Shown piece by piece: positions 53,741-64,000 of a stretch of DNA of 64,000 nucleotides (its first letter is position 1; each line of letters begins with the position of its first letter). The notes beneath the pieces are model-generated. The model did not search any database, had not been told where the DNA came from, and saw only the letters and a program-made list of their open reading frames with translations. A program made the position numbers and the translations under genes. This DNA is from Amoeboaphelidium protococcarum X5 (Eukaryota; Fungi; Aphelidiomycota). The stretch covers positions 992,001-1,056,000 of the forward strand of contig JALDTO010000146.1 of assembly GCA_023515725.1 (NCBI GenBank). Direction: 5' to 3'.

Positions 53741-54679
53741 ATGCTTGTGGAGTGTGCATCTTAAGAGTGTTTTATTGTGCTGAGGTATGTGATTCCGTCG
53801 CTGGGCTCAGTGACCAGTGCTCTGGTGTATTTAGCGGCGATGCCTGTCGTTGTGTAAATGATTCGGTATTTGCTGGCGTACAGAAATACGGCTGGCCGTA
53901 TGTTGGTGCGTCCGAAAATGATTAATCCTCTCCCTTATTCCCTTTAGCTTGGTAATGGTCTCGGTATTACTTTTTATAGTGTAGAGAAGCAGGACCTGTT
54001 TCTGTCCTGGGTCGGCTTTATGGGTATTTGTACTGGTATTTTCTACGTGATTGGCTTGGTTGCGTATGGATTCTTTATTTATAACGATGATCTTAGCGAT
54101 GGAGTGGCGCCATAAGATGAAGACATTCCACTACAGGCTACCAATGGCTTAGATGCGTCAGATGACTAAAATGCGGATGCTGATGAATAGAGACAGTATC
54201 GCTCATTGTCCTCGTAGAATTAGATTAAAACAGCGGCTGAACCACGCTACGATCCGTAGCTCATGATGAAATAATTAAAAGCCGCCGTGGCTCTGGCCGT
54301 CTTTGGTCCTGCCATCGCTCTAGTGGCATAGCTCGTGGCTTTAAATGCCTTCCGAGACCCGAAATATGATCAGGGTAGAGCCACGTTCATGGGATCGATT
54401 AGTGTCTCTTTCTACACCATAATGTTGGCCAGTCCTCTTACGGTGATTAGGCGTGTCATTAAAAACCCAGAGCAGACTTCAAAATTGATTTACGGCCCTC
54501 TTGCATTCACGTACTTCATCAATGGCTCTTTTTGGGCGATTTATGGTCTGGTCATCGCCGATTATTTCATTTTACTACCCAACCTGTTTTCTGCTCTGAA
54601 TGGATTGGTTCAATTGGCTCTCCTTTACTTGAATAGAAACAAGGTGGTCCCAGTCTCTGATGAATAGGAGAATGTTTGA
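53741..54679 (+). CDS. SWEET sugar transporter, copy 2 (tandem paralog)
   Basis: MINPLPY..QLGNG, LASPLT, NGSFWAIYG..ADYFILLPN. Confidence 0.88.
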
Positions 54680-54712
54680 TTATCTGAGCAATTATCTTCA
54701 TTATAGAGCTTG

Positions 54713-55175
54713 ATGATTTCTACATTCTATTACGTTTTTTCTCTTTGTTATACATGCTTAGCTTATATTGCAACGACAGGTAGAAGTCTTTACTCATCTT
54801 GGAAATGATTAATGACACCTAGATTTGATTGATATGCGCATGCGCAGTAAGATTAAAGTGTTAACGTCATTTTCATAGTCAATAGACATTACCGATTTCT
54901 GTCTAAAGAATTTATGTTAAACGCGTCTATGGGTAGCATTCTGTACTTCCATCACTAATAAATGATCTAGCCAAAGTAAAAGCGCAAGGCGGGAGGGACA
55001 GCCCATTAGTTGACTCCGCGTAACGCCAACGAAATTTCTATCCCATCGATCGGGATGAAACTGCCATGTAAGTTGGATAATGAGCCGTTCTTTAAAACAG
55101 TGGCTGCTGGCAGGGAATTCAAAGTAGACTGAGTGAGATGTACCTCAAAAGATTTGGCAAGATATGCTCAAGATT
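54713..55175 (+). pseudogene. Degenerate secreted-protein gene, copy 2 (homologous to 47075-47544)
   Basis: Leader MISTFYYVFSLCYTCLA, putative intron 54780-54822 at the same position as copy 1, early TGA at 54963. Confidence 0.45.
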
Positions 55176-55589
55176 AAAGACTCAAGCAAAGGCCTGGACG
55201 CCAAAAAGGCTGATTTTTTAAGCTGCATTCAGAAAGACTGCCGGCGGTGCTATATTAACGGACGTCAAATCGGTATGCACCGCGTCTACCCAGAACTATG
55301 CAACTTTTGATTGAAGATGATGTAACAACTGTATTACTTGTGGATATCCGATGATATATGAATTAAATTGAAACGGCGATAATATTTGAGGCATCTTCTT
55401 TTAAACTCCAAGATGTCACTGATAAGCGACTAATTGGACCACGCGGTTATATTTAAGCAATGCTGCGCCACATTGGTTTTCAGCCGGTGATATGCTAAGC
55501 GATCCTTAAAAATTTATTGTAATAGGTCATTGTTTCCGTCTTTTTTTTTATATCATTATTTTAGATAGTATCAGAAAATAAAGTTTGAT

Positions 55590-57053
55590 ATGTCTTCTGA
55601 AGATTTTGACTCTGATATCCGTGGTAGAACCGTGGGCAGTAGCGAGTAAGTAAGACGCTGTATCGTGGCTGGTGGCGGTCCGTGTGGTCTCCTTACAGCT
55701 ATCAATTTGCTGAAAGATGGCTGGAATGTTACATTGCTGGAGAAGGGGGATGAGTTGACTGAGGCCACTCGAGCTAAAAGTTGGATGATTAGTATTGCTT
55801 CTATTGGGCAGCAGGCGTTATCCGAGATTGATGGCCTCTGGGACCAAGTCAAGGTCGCCGTGTAAGAGTCCAAGTAGCTCAATATGCATTTTGGCAAGAT
55901 AAAGTTCGAAATCAAGTCTGAGAGCGCCCTGGTTGATAGAAATAACTTGGTGATAAAGCTATTGGATTTTCTGAAAGCGATGCCTGAGGCCACAGAGAGA
56001 CTTACGTTGAGATTTAATTGCAAAGTGGCGTTCGTAGATGGTCGTGAGAGAACTGTGTGGACTAAGGTGAGAGATGAGCCTTTGTAGCCGCTGACTTATG
56101 ATCTCCTGGTGGGAGCAGATGGCACATACTCTATGGTTCGCAACTCTTTATTTTCTCAGAGTCCACAGTATCACTTTTCGCAGAGTGATATCCTGCAGAG
56201 CATAAAGACCATCTTTATCAAGTGTCCGAAGGGCATAAATCCGTCAGCAATGACCTTCTTCCCTAATGTGGTTAAGGGCTGTAACGCCATGATGTTGCCT
56301 TCTGATGGCGAGTATTTGAACTTTATTATTGGCTCATCGGATGAAAATATTCTGGATTAGAGATTTGTCACGTCTGATCCTTTGTAACTGCAGAAATTGT
56401 TGAATAATGCATCTGCCAAATTGAATCTATCTTTGGAAGATTGCGAGAATCTATTGAAAGCCACATGGTATCAGACTCAACAGCTCACCTGCTATCCGTA
56501 TCACTTGGGCTAAAAGTATGGTAGTGCTGTCCTAGTTGGTGACGCTGCTCATGCGACCAGTCCTGGCATGGGTATGGGATTGAACACTGCTTTGGTTGAT
56601 GCAAGCGTGTTATCTCATTGTCTACGCGATAACAACGGTGAGGACATTGACGCTGCGTTGGAGGCGTATGCTGCTAAACGCATCAAGGTTGGACACGCGT
56701 TAACTTACCTATCCTTCAATATGATGCCATTATCTGCAAGTCGTATGGCGTGGACCCAGACCAAGAATTCTTTGAGAAGATTGGCTAAAAATTTAACCGG
56801 CGGGTGGGTTGATGGTCCCGTTGCTGAAGAGGTTGCATAATAAGGCTGGTATATGGATGAGGCGTTTAGTCGCGCAATGAAACAAGGAGGTATAAAGTAG
56901 AATGCTGCAAGTAACCAGGGCATCATGCAGAAGCACATGTGGCGCAAGATTGGTCTAATTCCACACTCGGAAAAGAGTCTCAAGGCTGCAGAGTAGAGAT
57001 CTCTGCTATTATCCCAGGATATCCACGACTTGAGTGGAAAGACCAAGAAGTGA
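55590..57053 (+). CDS. FAD-dependent monooxygenase, kynurenine 3-monooxygenase-like family
   Basis: IVAGGGPCG, DLLVGADG..S.VR, VLVGDAAHATSPGMGMGLNTALVD. Confidence 0.85.
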
Positions 57054-57402
57054 ATCTACTGCGGTATGTGAAATCAGCCGTTCTGACGCGTCGGCGATCA
57101 GGGTACTAATGAAAGTTGATAATATTGCAGTCTACAGCTAAGAATAAAGATTTAATTAGAATTATATAATACGGCGAAATTTTCTTTCGTAGTTACTTTA
57201 TAAATAGTAGAATATGTTCTGTTGACACAACAGACCGCTGCAAAAGACCGTCCGCTCTTCCTTAGTTCGTTCGTGAAATGTCATTCTTCACTTTCTTCTC
57301 CAAAGTCTTTGCAGTCTAAAGCATCAGTACTTTATCTTGACATAGTACCAATTTAATTTACTTTGAACGAAATATAATTCTCAGTCACAGCAAATTAGTA
57401 TT

Positions 57403-59688
57403 ATGGATCTGTATATTTCTTCTGATGGTCAAGTTTCTATTTGTGCTCATCAAGACACATCTGCTAGTTCTCTATCATCTTCCTCTGCTGCTGCTGCACA
57501 AAGTGATGTGCTGACCATCTCTGCTACAGAATCTGATTTGCAATTTAAATTGGAATAAATACATGATGACTTTGCACCACTCACTTCAAGTAAATATGTG
57601 GTTGAGGAGCGAATTGTATGTATTGCTGGATTCGTGCATCTTGGATTTGCTAGTCTAATTTTTTACATCACTGAAGCCTAGCATATATGCCAGTCGCCTC
57701 TAAATATGACAGTTGGTGCAAGTAATGCAACATCAGCATCTTTATCAATCTAGAGATGCGTGAAGGCTGGCTCGTAGACTATTCATAAATAATAGTTTCT
57801 TACTCTGTCTCAAGAGTAATTGCTCCATGAAACTGTATAGAATGTGATTAGTATTCTAGAATCTGGTTAGATTTACTTTAGTGATGATTATGACTTGACT
57901 CGCAGCATTTAGGTGCAGTTATCGTAGTAAAATTAACATAATGAGGACTTATATTGGTGGAATAGATTTTTATAAATCCCTCTGACTCAAGCCATTAAGG
58001 ATAATCCTTAGTTTACATAATTCTAGAGGAAACTCATTTGTGGATACGTTAATTGTATACCTGTACAAGATTAATAAAACTCCTCTAGTACCAGTAATAG
58101 TAACAATAGGTTCTAATCAGTGTATTTAATTAGTAGAATGTCTCGTAAAAGAGCCGGCACTCGGTACACTAGGCGTGGAATAGATTTGAATGGCTATTGT
58201 GCAATGATGGCTGAGACTGAGGTGATTTTGGTAAAGTAATTGTCCAGTTAGTTTATGGAGATGTCTTCATTTGTAATGCTTCGTGGTAGTGTGCCATGGA
58301 TTTGGCATCACGAGGTTGATCTCAGCTATAAGCCACCACTTATTGTAAGGCAACAGGATGATTTGACTGTACAAGCGATGAAGAAGAGTTTCTAAATGGT
58401 TCAGAATGAGTACCCGGATGTTCGTGTAATTAATCTACTGAATACTTCTGGATATGAGGCTCAGCTGCGTCGTGTATTTTCTGATGCTATGTCCAAGCAT
58501 CTGCCGGATGTGCATCATCACGCCATTGATATCAACAGTAGTAGTTTTCAAATGAAAGATCTCCTTGAAAATTTACGTCACTCTGCTGGCGATGAAGGTT
58601 CTATATTTTCAGTTAGAGTTCCAGTATCCAGCGGTGGATCTAGAATGCGAAGACGAAGTTAAACTAATAGCTGCAATGGTAGTATTGCGGTTCAAGGTCC
58701 GTCTTAAGTATAACAGTTGCCTAACTTGAAGGTGAATAAGATATAAAGGAGCATATTCAGATTGAATTGTCTCGACTGTCTCGATCGAACTAATATGGTC
58801 ATGTTTGTGGTGGCATCATACCTCTTGTCCGCGGAGATTGGTGGTGCAGATCACGTTCACTCTATTAGAGATTTAGAGTACAATCTAAATAGCCACTTTG
58901 GCGGAGATTTTATTTAGAAATGGCGCAATATTTGGATTGCTAATGGCAATGCATTGGCGCTTTAGTACACTGGGACAGGGACTTTGCATTGCTCATTCAT
59001 TAGGTAGCCACTTACTGGTTGGTCAATACTCGGTCTATTGATGAATTTACTAACTCTGGGTCTGTATGGGAAGTTGAGACCGAAATTGCTGACCATGTTC
59101 AAAATGTTGAGTAGATATTACATGAACAACATCGCAGACTCGTATAGACAGGACGCGTTGGATCAGTTTTTGGGTTATCATCGAGGCAGCGGTGGTGCTG
59201 ATGATGTATAAGATTTATACTCTCCTTCCTTATACTCGTTGAGATAGTAGTCGCTGCAAAGGCGATAATCCTTGCGAGTGCTTAAATCAAATGTATATCA
59301 CAGAGCTAATTAGATATAAAGGTCAATGTCGCTTTCATCCATAGTATCACTATGTTTATATGTGCCTTGTTGGATAGCTGTGACAGTCACTACTCTGTTT
59401 GGTCTATTTCTCCGCCACTTTGCTCCGAGATAATTGTGCTCACTCTATGACTACATTGGGGCAACAGTGATTCTGATTATGTTATCGATTTGGCGCCTCT
59501 TTGTCCTTCCCTTTGTCATATTTGGTCAGCCTAATCAGCAGTCACATTAAAGTTAAGAATCTCGTTAATAATCATCATCATCGTCGTCTTCGTCGTCTTA
59601 GTTGGAACGTTTATTCCGCTGGCGATGGAGTCAACCTCGCTCTGGGAATACTGCATGGGAAGGTGATGACTTCATCATTAATCCTTGA
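57403..59688 (+). CDS. SAC1: SAC-domain phosphoinositide phosphatase, Sac1-like with C-terminal TM helices
   Basis: ISRMSRKRAGTRYTRRGID, RGSVP, catalytic RLNCLDCLDRTN, QYTGTG, RYYMNN. Confidence 0.8.
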
Positions 59689-59924
59689 TTATTAACATAT
59701 AAACTCACTCTATCAATCTTCTTTTGTACGCTTTGATGCGCCCTTGACTTAAAGTGTAGTTGGCGACTGACTTAGTTTAGATCTTCTCGCTCGCGTTTCT
59801 CTCTCTCTTCTTTCAGCCAAGTGCGTATCAAGTTGTCTGTCGTCCTTCCCATTCCTATTCCCATTCTTATTCCACGTACAAGAAAAATTAAGTCAAAAGT
59901 CGGATATAATTAATATTGGTCATA

Positions 59925-60817
59925 ATGTCGTACGATAGAGCATTGACAGTTTTTTCGCCTGATGGTCATTTATTTCAAGTTGAATACGCTTTAGAAGCCG
60001 TTCGCAAGGGAACATGCGTGGTAAGTTACATGCTATATAGTTGCGGGTCTATTAATACTAAAGTCATTATTTATATTCTGTGTAGGTTGGTGTTCGCGGT
60101 AAAGATTGTGTAGTGCTGGGTGTTGAGAAAAAGTCTGTGGCTAAACTGCAAGAGTCCAAGACTATAAAGAAGTTGGTCATGTTGGACAGACACATTTGCA
60201 TGGCATTCGCTGGTCTGTAGGCTGATGCCAGAGTGCTGATCAACAAGGCCAGAGTGGAGTGTCAGTCTTTCCGTCTCACGCTGGAGGATGCGCCATCGAC
60301 TGAGCAGATTGCCAAGTACGTGGCCGGTGTCTAATAGAAGTACACTCAGAGTGGTGGTGTGCGACCATTCGGTATCAGCACTCTGATCATGGGTTTCGAT
60401 CTGCAGAGTGATAGCGGTTCATCCACCGAGGCCAAGTTGGCTCCAATGTTGTATCAGACCGACCCAGCTGGTGTATATACTTTATGGAAGGCGGCAGCGA
60501 TTGGCAGAAATAGCAAGACTGTGCAAGAGTTCCTGGAGAAGAACTGGACCGACTCTCTGACCAAGGATGAGACTGTGACTCTGACTGTAAAGGCCCTGTT
60601 GGAAGTTGTGCAGACGGGTGCAAAGAATATTGAAATCGCTGTAATGACCGCACCTTCTGCAGACTCTAAGCGTCCGAATGAGGGAGTTATTTCAATGCTC
60701 AGCGACAAGGATATAGAGTAGTTGGTCAAGTCAATTGAAGATGAGAAGGAGCGTGAGGCTGAAGCTAAGAAGCAGCGTCGCGGTACTCAAAGTGCTGCAG
60801 CAATGGAGACTATGTGA
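59925..60817 (+). CDS. PRE6: 20S proteasome subunit alpha-4 (PSMA7) (intron 60021-60085)
   Basis: [51 protein letters not shown]. Confidence 0.96.
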
Positions 60818-60988
60818 TTATGAAGACAATTTGCTATCGAATTTCAATGTTATATCCTTTACATTTTCTATTTCATAAGAGATTAACTATACAAAGTAGA
60901 GGAAAGTGTAACATCGAATTGAAAGATTGACGCGAAACATGAAAGCATACAACGATTTTTAAACGTTTAATGTATTCACAAAGATCAA

Positions 60989-61651
60989 TCAATAAGGATG
61001 CTATCGCCTGGAATTTGAGTGTCCATACTGCGGGTAATGAGAGCCTTGTTAATGTTATTATTAATACGACCGATTAGAGTAGTGTGATTAGCGAGAACGT
61101 GCAGGCATATAAGGCGGAGGAACTGGCGAAATCAACGGTGTTGCCTGATACTGAGGATCGGGCTCATACAGAGTATCAAAGAACACGTCCTCCTATTCCT
61201 CTTATTATTACTATTCTTAATTGAGGCCTTGATCGCGGACATTCTCCACCAATGAAGTCTAGTACTCTACAGGCGATGTTGACTGTTCCATCTCAGACTA
61301 TTATAACGCTTCTTCTCCTTCTTCCATCATCGTTTAGTTTCTCGCTCGCTCAGTCAAAAAACAACCGAACGGGGATCTCTCTTTTCTGCTTTTACTTTTG
61401 CATTTTCTTGTAGTCTGATTGAGCAACATATTTTGGCATATATAGCCAATGTGTGTTGATATATTAATGAATAGCTAAAGGGATGATAAGAAATATAATA
61501 TATACACCTGAATTATAGTGAAGGATTGTATTTTAGTTTCAGCCTTGTCTGATTAGCTATATTAATTATATTGCATTAGATAGATTTAGCTTACTCGTTG
61601 TCGGTAACCTTATCTATCCACAATTTGAAGTGCGTGATGAAGAAATATCAT
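60989..61651 (-). CDS. Hypothetical Q/E-rich protein with PPPY motif (5' structure uncertain)
   Basis: TGA-free frame of about 220 codons, rich in TAR-Gln runs (QEQQQQEEQEDVFFD...PVPPPY); absent from the standard-code track. Confidence 0.45.
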
Positions 61652-61933
61652 GACGGGCGGTCATAATTACATTGATGATTGTCATGAATTTTTATCTGAT
61701 GCTTATTGTTTGATGCTTATTGCCTTACGTGCTTTGTAAAAGTATATTCCTATGCTTATACTCAATTTCGAGTGAGCTTTACGCTTTTTCACCATCATCT
61801 CGTCGTTTATCCACGCGTTTCCGGCTTTCTTTGATCAAAGTTTCTCCCTAATCAGTATTGCTTTATAATCAATTGTTATTAAGCCAGTTTATTCATAATT
61901 ATTTGCGAGTTATCTGGATAAACTGATTCAAAA

Positions 61934-63031
61934 ATGACAGAATAACTTTAGGGAGGGAATAGAGAGACTCTTTTAGAGGTGAATGATAATGATGTGGAGT
62001 TTGATTATAATTCAAAGTATCCGCAACTGTCCTTTAGATCATCAGTATTGTTTGCCCGTAAAGCAACGCTGAGAAAGGAGTTGCTATTCCTGCACAATAT
62101 ATACCGTCATAGCGATAAGAATAGACTGCTTCAATGCTTCATATAGCTTATGCTCATACATCCTATATTTTATTTCATACTTACACTATGTTGTGGATCG
62201 TTGCTCTTGGCCCTGTCTCCTCACGTGGCAGTGTCAACGACAACATTCCCCGCGGTGGCTTTCAGTATATTTATGATATATGTCGCATTTATTGCATTGT
62301 TGGATCCTGCTGCTGCACTGATTTACGCGTCTTTTGAACTGGTATTTGGCGTTGGATTTTCATGGCTCTTCTATCACATCTTGATTGATGAAGTGACTGT
62401 AGGAAGAGGTCCTGTCAACACAATACCTTCATATTCATACTTTTTATATGCATACTTTATCGCTTTTGGTGTTGTGATCATGTCGCTTATGCTCTGCTAT
62501 GTTTGCTATTTACAATTTGAAGTTGATCATAAGGGATAGACGTCATCTTTGAGGTAATCTTCTTGGCAGCAGTAATCAACACTAAATTCTAATCTATATG
62601 GTGTCAACAAGGTACAGAGCATTAGCAATGCGCGAGATAGATAATTGCTTAAAAGGCTGAATAGTAGAAAGCTTCGATCTCTGGTCTGGAAATCTTATGC
62701 CAGTCCAGTGTTGAGTATGTATCTGACCTATGCTTTGATATGGAAGTTGCCGCGTTTTCTTTCTAGATTTGGTGCTCCTGCTAGGATTATCTAATTTCTT
62801 GATCGCTCTGAATTGAAATTGTTGTTAGATGAGTCTATTTAATCATAATCAACTACTAATGTGGAGGAATAGGAAGATGAATTGGATGCTGTTGATATTC
62901 AGGAAAGCACTCAAGGTGATGATCATACATCGACTACTGCTCCGATTGCATCATCATCTCAAAGTATCCAACGATAATCCTAGTGCGAACCGTTATTGAA
63001 TACCTCAGACTTAACATTCTTTGAAGAGTGA
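61934..63031 (+). CDS. Hypothetical multi-pass membrane protein with acidic C-terminal tail
   Basis: Single frame of 365 aa; about 4 hydrophobic helices. Confidence 0.65.
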
Positions 63032-63159
63032 GCATTAAAAATGTATTAAAATAATTTCAATTCAATTTATTTTTTGCTTCAATTGGTAATGAATAAACAG
63101 AGTTTGTGAATAATTCGCCCCATATATCCATCCCTACATCTCAGATGTTACAGTATATT

Positions 63160-64000
63160 TCAATTCACCTTCTTCTCTTCAAGCACCTCTTCACCAACTT
63201 GCTTTCCAATATAGAAAGTTTTACGGATAACGGCATCAAATATACCATCTCCCAATGTGCCCACCATCAGCAGAACAGTTCTCAAATTAACACCCAGCAC
63301 GCATTCAGGTCCCACTAGATATCGCGTTGCAGGTACACTAGCCTCGATGGCATCCTTTATGCTCAGACTCACGAATCGTGTAGGAATGCCAAAGTCACGC
63401 ATCATCGTCACCTTGACCTTGATCGCTTCATAAATGTCATGGTACCAAGTATCAGCAATCAGCTTCTTTTCCTTTGGTATCTTTTAATACGCATTGTTAT
63501 TCTGCACATTAGCCTTATCGAAAATGGGAGTAAACACCGCACCTACACAACTCGCACAAATATTTACAATAATTTAGAATAAATTTACAAAAAGGAAGCA
63601 GATTTTACCTGGCTTGATGATGGAAACTGCAATGCCCTGATTCAGCACTTCTTGACGCAGAGAATCCGCAATAGCTTCCATACTAAACTTGGTGGCAGAG
63701 TAGATACCCATTGCAACTATAGAAGCAGTGCCGCTCTAGCTACTAATAAACACCACACGGCCACTTCCACCTTTACTTCTATCACCGGCATTCTAATCAG
63801 ACTGCACAGTATACTTGCGGATCAGAGGGAGAAACGCTTGAGTGATTCTCATCACACCAAACAGATTAATGTCAAACACATTCTGAACATGCTTTAAATC
63901 TTCCATCTCAAGTGGACATGCAAAGCTGACACCAGCATTATTCACAATGGAGATGAGCGATGCATTCTACTACGCACACACCTCCTCCACTCTCTTTACA
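63160..64000 (-). CDS. Short-chain dehydrogenase/reductase (RDH/BDH1-like), 5' end outside window; intron 63543-63608
   Basis: IVNNAG, INLFGVMRITQAFLPLIR, GRVVFISS, YSATK catalytic motif, IKPG. Confidence 0.9.

Noticed and set aside
51169-57053. Hydroxylase + SWEETs + FAD monooxygenase as a biosynthetic cluster
   Set aside because: No backbone enzyme, and no link to the repeat precursor 21 kb away.
60970-61224. 84-codon plus-strand ORF
   Set aside because: The opposite strand has a longer frame with the TAR-Gln composition typical of real genes here.

Overview
Gene-dense, intron-poor eukaryotic DNA in which TAA and TAG encode Gln and TGA is the only stop. The supplied standard-code ORF track therefore fragments almost every gene. 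Re-read with TAR=Gln, the window holds about 35 protein genes, one tRNA-Thr(UGU) gene and a few decayed genes. The gene set is fungal/opisthokont-like (Sec12, Not4, Rad6, Tim9, LIS1, XMAP215, Mrc1, Pdb1, Cns1, Fab1-like, Sac1-like, proteasome alpha4, Bli-3) with some animal-like components (class I-type PI3K, VWA+VWD secreted protein). Code plus gene content point by inference to an aphelid such as Amoeboaphelidium protococcarum. The most novel-looking elements are lineage-specific secreted proteins: a tandem pair sharing an unrecognised 6-Cys domain (one with a KKDYE/KDYG repeat array, tRNA gene between them), a signal-peptide/EF-hand/hydrophobic/Cys-rich protein, and two diverged, frameshifted copies of another secreted gene. 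Several genes end in TAR-TGA, and a CGCG motif recurs in most promoter-side spacers. All coordinates and translations were derived by hand; no database searches were run.
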